NCBI GenBank assembly: GCA_051874735.1
Contig: JBJEGD010000038.1
Coordinates: 1-32,182, forward strand
Source of the DNA: Candidatus Bruticola sp.
Lineage (GTDB): Bacteria > Vulcanimicrobiota > Xenobia > Xenobiales > Xenobiaceae
Reading direction: 5' to 3'
Length of the DNA: 32,182 nucleotides
The notes below the pieces were generated by a model. It made no database searches. It had not been told where the DNA came from and was given only the letters and a program-made list of their open reading frames with translations. Positions 26,400-32,182 of the stretch are shown piece by piece (positions within the stretch are counted from its first letter, which is position 1; each line of letters starts with the position of its first letter). The position numbers and the translations under genes were made by a program.

Positions 26400-27779
26400 A
26401 TGCGGCAATTCAAACATTGGATGAAAGTGCTTGCTTTGTTGGTTGCGGTTGGATTGGTGCTGGAAGTAGTTATTGGAAGCACCGGTGTTCAGACCTCAGT
26501 TATGGCTCTTTCGCCTTTGCAGAAAGCCATATCAGCTTTATTCAATCAAGTTGATGACTGGGGACGCGGATTTTTTCAGTTCGCTTCTTTGAGTCGCAGC
26601 AATGACGAACTTGAATCAGAAGTAAGATCTTTGCGCGCAGAACGAAGCCACCTTTTAGCTTATAAAGTCAAGAATTTGCGTTTGCAGTCTCTGCTCAAGT
26701 TAAAAGAGGAATTGCCCAGTAATATAAAAATTGCCGCTCGCGTTATTGCTCGCGATCCTAATAATTGGGATGAAAAAGTTATCTTAGACTGCGGACGCGT
26801 TGACGGGGTTACTGAAGATATGGTGGCTGTTTCTCCTGAGGGATTGGTGGGGCGTGTCGCTCAGGTAGGCAGCAGATCCTGTACCCTTACTTTAATAGGT
26901 AGCTCCTCTTTAGCTGTGCCCGTAGCTTTAGCTGATAGTGATGTTTACGGCATTATGCGTGTCAGCAAAATGAAGCGCAGTATCATTAAGTATGTTCGTT
27001 TCGATATACCTGTAAAGCCTGGCCAGTTGGTGGTAACGTCTGGCCTTGGAGACGTCTATCCTGGCGGCTTGGCGGTAGGACGGGTTGATCGATCCTATGT
27101 AAGTACTGAAGTTATGTATCAAGATATTTTGGTTAACTTGAGTGCTGAATTGCCTCGCTTGCGAGAAGTGATTCTAATAAAAAAAGGTAGATTATCTGCC
27201 GATCCTTCTATATTCAAAGACGCTATCGCTAGGGCGGAGCAGGAAGCCAAGGCTGCTGCCCAAGAGAGTGCTGAAGCTGCTTTGCGGGCTAGCAATCAAT
27301 ATGAATCAGCAGAGCGGGAAGACTCCGATTCTTCTGTTCTAACATCTCCGGAAGATGAGAACCGTTCAGAGGTGGTGAAAAATGAAAAAACTCTTCCCGC
27401 GCCTTTGAAACGGTCTAATACAGCTGCGTCTGAACAACATAAAAATTCGGCTGCAGTAAGCAATACGCAACCCCCGTCTGCTGTGATAACAGAAGATCAA
27501 ACCACAAAGCAGTCCGGCTCTACTTCCACTGCTTCGGAAAGTGCTATCAATTATGACGCTTCTGAGTTAACCCCTACTTATGATTCTGATGGCAGCGGCA
27601 GTTCTGACGTCGAGAAAAAAACAGAAAAAATTTCTGAACTTAATGACGAAAGCCGGTCTGCTGAGGGGCATTATATAACAGTAGAAGAATTGAACGGTTC
27701 CACATCTGATGAACCGACCGCTGAAACTGAATCTGAAGATATTGAACCTATTCCCAGCGCAGTGGAGCTCGAGCCGTGA
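26400..27779 (+). CDS. mreC: Rod shape-determining protein MreC with a long low-complexity C-terminal tail
   Basis: N-terminal TM segment, coiled coil, ARVIARDP, GLVGRV and VVTSGLGDVYPGGLAVG; about 190 extra Ser/Glu/Thr-rich residues. Confidence 0.92.
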   Translation: MRQFKHWMKVLALLVAVGLVLEVVIGSTGVQTSVMALSPLQKAISALFNQVDDWGRGFFQFASLSRSNDELESEVRSLRAERSHLLAYKVKNLRLQSLLKLKEELPSNIKIAARVIARDPNNWDEKVILDCGRVDGVTEDMVAVSPEGLVGRVAQVGSRSCTLTLIGSSSLAVPVALADSDVYGIMRVSKMKRSIIKYVRFDIPVKPGQLVVTSGLGDVYPGGLAVGRVDRSYVSTEVMYQDILVNLSAELPRLREVILIKKGRLSADPSIFKDAIARAEQEAKAAAQESAEAALRASNQYESAEREDSDSSVLTSPEDENRSEVVKNEKTLPAPLKRSNTAASEQHKNSAAVSNTQPPSAVITEDQTTKQSGSTSTASESAINYDASELTPTYDSDGSGSSDVEKKTEKISELNDESRSAEGHYITVEELNGSTSDEPTAETESEDIEPIPSAVELEP

Positions 27780-28285
27780 TAAAAAGTTTCAGTTCAGCCG
27801 TTGTCTGGATTGTGCCCTTATTGTTTGTAGGGCTGCTAATTGAATCTGCTCTTCCTTATAATTGGCCGCGTCCGGAATTAACTGTAATTTGGCTGTCAAT
27901 TGTGGCTTTGCGCTACGGTATGAAGCCGGGGGCTATATTCGGAGCTATTTGTGGAGCTATGGCTGGAGTTTTGAGCGATTGTTCTGCTGCATGGTTGGCC
28001 TTAGTTTATGCATCTTTAGGGGGGGCTATAGGAGCTTTTCTCAAAAACTACAGCGACCGTTCCTTTATTTACGTTTTTACTGTAGCTGCTTCAACGGTAG
28101 TGTTCGCTGCTGAGTTGACTGTTTTGTCAATGCTGGGAGCCGATCTGCCCAACCAAGTCATTCTCAGAACTTGGCTGTGGAGAGCAATGCTATGGAATGT
28201 CGTTTTTATATGGCCTTCTCTCTGGATCGCCGATAAAATTTTGGGAACCTATGCCTTTATTCCGCTTGAATTAGATTGCGAGTAA
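27776..28285 (+). CDS. mreD: Rod shape-determining protein MreD
   Basis: 169-aa polytopic membrane protein with RPEL and GAIFGAICG...LSD pattern; GTGA overlap with mreC; upstream of PBP2. Confidence 0.75.
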   Translation: MIKSFSSAVVWIVPLLFVGLLIESALPYNWPRPELTVIWLSIVALRYGMKPGAIFGAICGAMAGVLSDCSAAWLALVYASLGGAIGAFLKNYSDRSFIYVFTVAASTVVFAAELTVLSMLGADLPNQVILRTWLWRAMLWNVVFIWPSLWIADKILGTYAFIPLELDCE

Positions 28286-28288
28286 GAT

Positions 28289-30130
28289 TTGCGCAGCTGT
28301 CATTTTCATATATTTGTAATTTTTGCTTGCTGCTGTGCCTTAATTTTAGCAGGGCGCTTAATTTTTATGCAGATCATTGAAGCTGATTACTATGCTAAGT
28401 GCTCTGCTGATAATTTGCGCCTAAATTCTCCCATTATGACAGGGCGCGGTATTATTTACGATCGCCGTGGCCGCATTATGGCGAGAAATGAGGCCGTTTT
28501 TACTTTGCGCATGATACCTTATGTGCACAAGAATCCAGAGCAGCTAATTGAGAAGGTCGCTAGTATATTGCATCTTTCTCAGTATCGCAAGGATGAATTG
28601 CTGGCTGAACTTAAAGATAATGAGGGGGAGGCTATTGTTATTTCTGATAGTCTGGATCCTATATCTTTAGCGAGATTTGCTGAAGCTCAAGACGAAGTTG
28701 ATGGACTTAGAGTTGAAGTAAAATTTAAAAGGGTCTATCCTCACGATAAGCTGGCAGCTCATGTTTTGGGTTATGTTGGTGAGATAGATGGCGAAAGTTT
28801 AGCTAAGCTAAAACACAAAGGTTATATCCCTGGAGAGTGGATAGGCAAAGATGGCTTAGAACTAGCTTATGAAGACGTCTTGCATGGTCGGTCTGGCCTT
28901 CGTTCTGCCTTGTTAGATCCTAAAGGCCGCTTTTTGGGCGACACTGAAAAAGAACCGGCTATTCCTGGCGATGACATCTACTGTGCTATCGATCTCGATT
29001 TGCAGCGTAAGGCTCAGTCTGAATTGACTAGAGTACTCGACGATTTAGCGGTCAAAAACGGAGAACGCTCAGGCGGCGCCGTGGTAGCTATGGAACCTTA
29101 CAGCGGTTATGTTAGAGCCTTGGTAAGTTTGCCTCACTATAATCCCAATGAGTTTGCTGCCGGAATCAGCTATAAAAAATTTAATGTTCTGCTAAATGAT
29201 ACTTGCTCTCCTTTGCTCAATCGAGCGGTTCATGGCGCTTATCCTCCAGGCTCAACTTTTAAACTTATTACTACTTCAGCCGCTCTGAATGAAGGTATCA
29301 TTACTCCTTTTTCCCGTTTTTACTGCACTGGAAAGTATAATGTGGCTGGTCTGGTATTTAATTGTTTCGTGCGCAGCGGTCATGGTTCTATCGATCTGCG
29401 TGAATGTCTGGGCTATTCTTGCGACTCAGTCTATTACGAAATTGGACCGAAATTGGGTATAAAACGCTTGCACAAATATGCGGAAGCGTTTGGACTCGGG
29501 CACAAAACTGGTCTCGATCTTCCAGGCGAATCGGAGGGCTGTATCCCCACCCCTGACTGGAAGGAAAAAGTCTTTGGTGAAAAGTGGTTTCCTGGCGACG
29601 ACGCCAACGCTGCCATCGGACAAGGATTTGTCACCGCTTCACCTTTGCAAATGGCAGCGGCCACTTCTGCTGTAGTAACAGATGGTATTTTTGTAGTTCC
29701 TCGTTTGGTGGAGCGGCGCCATCTTAAGGGGCGAAGCCAAGGACAGTCGTCGGAAATTGTCTACCATTCTTCATCGCGGCGCCTGCCAATTAAGCAAAGT
29801 TATTTTCAGTACATAAAAGATGGCATGCGTTTAGCTGTAACTGAGGGTACAGCTGTAAGTAGTGGGGGAGATCTTATTGGGGTAGCAGGCAAAACTGGAA
29901 CTGCAGAAAACGTGCCAACTACTGACAATCCTCATGGATTAAACCACTGTTGGTTTGTAGGCTACGCACCTTACGGCTACCGTGCTGATTGGCAGGCTCC
30001 TCCGCTAGTTGTAGCTGCTTTTGTAGAAAAATCGGGAGGATACGGCGGGGCTGTGGCCGCTCCTATTGCCGTAAAAGTTTTAGATACTTGGAATAAGATA
30101 TATAAGGAGAAGGACAGAGAGGCCGAGTAG
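28289..30130 (+). CDS. mrdA: Penicillin-binding protein 2 (class B transpeptidase)
   Basis: RGIIYDRRG, RVYP, GKDGLE, PPGSTFK (SxxK), SCD and GKTGT motifs; mreBCD context. Confidence 0.94.
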   Translation: MRSCHFHIFVIFACCCALILAGRLIFMQIIEADYYAKCSADNLRLNSPIMTGRGIIYDRRGRIMARNEAVFTLRMIPYVHKNPEQLIEKVASILHLSQYRKDELLAELKDNEGEAIVISDSLDPISLARFAEAQDEVDGLRVEVKFKRVYPHDKLAAHVLGYVGEIDGESLAKLKHKGYIPGEWIGKDGLELAYEDVLHGRSGLRSALLDPKGRFLGDTEKEPAIPGDDIYCAIDLDLQRKAQSELTRVLDDLAVKNGERSGGAVVAMEPYSGYVRALVSLPHYNPNEFAAGISYKKFNVLLNDTCSPLLNRAVHGAYPPGSTFKLITTSAALNEGIITPFSRFYCTGKYNVAGLVFNCFVRSGHGSIDLRECLGYSCDSVYYEIGPKLGIKRLHKYAEAFGLGHKTGLDLPGESEGCIPTPDWKEKVFGEKWFPGDDANAAIGQGFVTASPLQMAAATSAVVTDGIFVVPRLVERRHLKGRSQGQSSEIVYHSSSRRLPIKQSYFQYIKDGMRLAVTEGTAVSSGGDLIGVAGKTGTAENVPTTDNPHGLNHCWFVGYAPYGYRADWQAPPLVVAAFVEKSGGYGGAVAAPIAVKVLDTWNKIYKEKDREAE

Positions 30131-30320
30131 CACGAAATTATATGAGGGCAGATGTGCGCTGACTTTGCCGAGATCTAGCAACCCGGTTGGGTATGGACAA
30201 AAAATATCTGTAAACATTAGAGGAAAAAGCGCTTTTTTTAGAAAAAAGGGCGCGATGCATTTTTGTAACCGTTCTTTATAGCGTTCGGCTGTTCATTTTT
30301 TTATGCAAGAGGTTTACGCA

Positions 30321-31556
30321 GTGGATTCAACAAGAGATAAAGCCAAGAAGGCGGGCAGTGGTTCGCGTTTGGAGTTTGATGCCAATTCAGAGCCTTTGAT
30401 CAGTTCCGCTTCTTACCCTCAAGCGGGTGGGACTGCTGTACAGGGCAGTGGGTTTGTAGAAGATATGGAGCAATTTGATGAACATGGCGCCACAATAAAA
30501 GTTATTGGAGTCGGTGGCGGCGGATGCAACGCTGTAGACAGCATGGTCGATGGGGACATGTCAGGCGTCGAATTTATTGCGATTAATACTGATGAGCAGT
30601 CCTTAAACAAATGCGGCGCAGATGTCCGCATTCAAATCGGTAAAGAGCTTACCCGCGGCTTAGGAGCGGGAGCTCGTCCTGAGATTGGCAGTAAAGCTGT
30701 TGAAGAAAATACCGAAGAAATTAGGAAAGCCATTGAAGGCGCTGACATGGTCTTTATTACTGCCGGCATGGGCGGAGGTACCGGTACCGGAGCGGCTCCT
30801 GTAGTAGCGGCTTTGGCTAAAAATTCCGGTGCTTTGACTGTTGCTATAGTTACTAAGCCCTTCCTTTTTGAAGGACGTCAACGTATGAGGAAGGCTGAAG
30901 AGGGCATCGATCTGCTGAAAAAGAATGTAGATGCCATTATTGTTGTACCGAATGATAAAATTCTCGAGGTTATCGATAACGACGACAGCCGCGACGATGC
31001 TTTTAATCTTTCCAACGATGTGCTGCGCAGCGGTGTAGCAGGCATATCCGAAATTATTAATGCTTGCGGTGAACAGAATGTAGACTTCGCCGATGTGCGT
31101 ACTATTATGGCTGATGCTGGTACCGCTCTTTTAGGTATAGGTGTAGCTAGTGGTGAACATCGTGCTGAAGAAGCTGCCCGCCAGGCTATTAATAGTCCTC
31201 TTTGGGAAGGCAATATTAGTGGAGCCACCGGAGTTCTCTTTAACGTAGTCGCTAATAGAAAGTTTACAATGAAAGAGCTGCAGGCGGCGGCCAGTATAGT
31301 TTACGAATCTGTCGATCCTGATGCCAACATTATTTTTGGTTCTGTGACCGATGATAGTTTAGACAACGAAGTGCGTATTACAGTTGTCGCTACTGGTTTC
31401 CCTGTGCCTAGAGATGAAGAGCCAGAAATTGGTGAGGATTTTAGTTTCAACAAATCTAATGAAGAAGTGAATTTCGCTCCTCAGCCTGTTTCGGTTAGCA
31501 GCTCGCAGGAATTCTACGAGCCCGCTATTCGCCGTCGCAGACCTTCTGTGCAGTAG
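30321..31556 (+). CDS. ftsZ: Cell division protein FtsZ
   Basis: [34 protein letters not shown] and NVDFADV motifs. Start is uncertain: GTG 30321 has AAGAGGT upstream; alternatives are ATG 30303 and ATG 30465. Confidence 0.95.
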   Translation: MDSTRDKAKKAGSGSRLEFDANSEPLISSASYPQAGGTAVQGSGFVEDMEQFDEHGATIKVIGVGGGGCNAVDSMVDGDMSGVEFIAINTDEQSLNKCGADVRIQIGKELTRGLGAGARPEIGSKAVEENTEEIRKAIEGADMVFITAGMGGGTGTGAAPVVAALAKNSGALTVAIVTKPFLFEGRQRMRKAEEGIDLLKKNVDAIIVVPNDKILEVIDNDDSRDDAFNLSNDVLRSGVAGISEIINACGEQNVDFADVRTIMADAGTALLGIGVASGEHRAEEAARQAINSPLWEGNISGATGVLFNVVANRKFTMKELQAAASIVYESVDPDANIIFGSVTDDSLDNEVRITVVATGFPVPRDEEPEIGEDFSFNKSNEEVNFAPQPVSVSSSQEFYEPAIRRRRPSVQ

Positions 31557-31624
31557 TTGTTTGGCTCTTGGAGGGGAGAAATAAAAGTTGGTTTGTCTTT
31601 AGGTAATTAAGGAAAGGGACAGAT

Positions 31625-32182
31625 ATGGTAGCTATCACTCTGGCCATACGCAACGTATGGCGTAGGCGTGAGCGCAGCCTTCTTACTCTGGTTGGCGTTC
31701 TTCTGGCTGTTGGTACTTTTGTGGCGATGGTTTCGCTAGCTGAAGGTATGTATCAGAGGGTATCGCTGGAGTTAGATGGAAGGGCTGTAGACGTATATGT
31801 CGTTCCTGTTACAGCGGCTCCTTTGCCTACGGGTCCGGTTGGTACTATCGGTTTGACTTCTGATACTATTAATACTGGCTGGATCAAGCGCATTGAAGCT
31901 ATAGACAACGTAGCTGATGTCTGTCCTATTATTAGGGGACAGTGGACTGGCAAAAAAGGGGTTATAATGGCCCTTGGCGTCGATCCATTGAAGTGGCGCG
32001 TTTTTATGCCAGCGTTGAAGACGGTTGATGGAGATACTAATCTCCGTCCCGGTCAGGTTGTTTTGGGCAAAGGTTTGGCCGTTTCAGAGGGGCTGTCTGT
32101 GGGTGACACCATTAAGCACGGCCAAACATCATATAAAGTTGCCGGTGTTGTTGAGGCTGGAGCTGGATTTCAAGATTATTTT
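31625..32182 (+). CDS. ABC transporter permease, MacB/FtsX/LolE family (truncated by the window end)
   Basis: Not in the ORF track; hand translation gives MVAITLAIRNVWRRRERSLLTLVGVLLAVGTFVAMVSLAEG...VVLGKGLA...GLSVGDTI...YKVAGVV; GGAAAGGGA RBS. Confidence 0.88.
   Translation, partial: MVAITLAIRNVWRRRERSLLTLVGVLLAVGTFVAMVSLAEGMYQRVSLELDGRAVDVYVVPVTAAPLPTGPVGTIGLTSDTINTGWIKRIEAIDNVADVCPIIRGQWTGKKGVIMALGVDPLKWRVFMPALKTVDGDTNLRPGQVVLGKGLAVSEGLSVGDTIKHGQTSYKVAGVVEAGAGFQDYF

Noticed and set aside
31753-31953. 66-aa minus-strand ORF
   Set aside because: Antisense to the truncated ABC permease on the plus strand.

Overview
Gene-dense, mostly housekeeping bacterial chromosome segment with moderate GC. 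I found no tRNA, rRNA, CRISPR array, transposase or phage gene. In order: a truncated SAM-methyltransferase with an Ala/Glu/Lys-rich tail; an AT-rich AdhR/NmlR-type MerR module (Fe-alcohol dehydrogenase plus iron-sulfur flavoprotein) with a clear 19-bp-spacer promoter and operator; rlmD; a standalone 84-aa Asp/Glu/Trp-repeat protein; mutS; tatAC; a membrane-anchored CofE-like ligase downstream of an ECF transporter with fused S and T subunits; an alpha/beta hydrolase; an M29 aminopeptidase; a partial histidine/folate cluster (N-formylglutamate amidohydrolase, glutamate formiminotransferase, hutI, Nif3); vanZ-like; ahcY; a P-loop kinase; rpsT; a PduO-type adenosyltransferase; then maf-mreB-mreC-mreD-mrdA followed directly by ftsZ and a truncated MacB/FtsX-type permease. 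No complete novel system can be demonstrated from sequence alone. The best leads are the hyperacidic Trp-repeat protein, the catalytically degenerate MreB, the formiminotransferase/formylglutamate hydrolase pair, and the ECF plus CofE-like unit. All family calls come from motif recognition, not from database searches.
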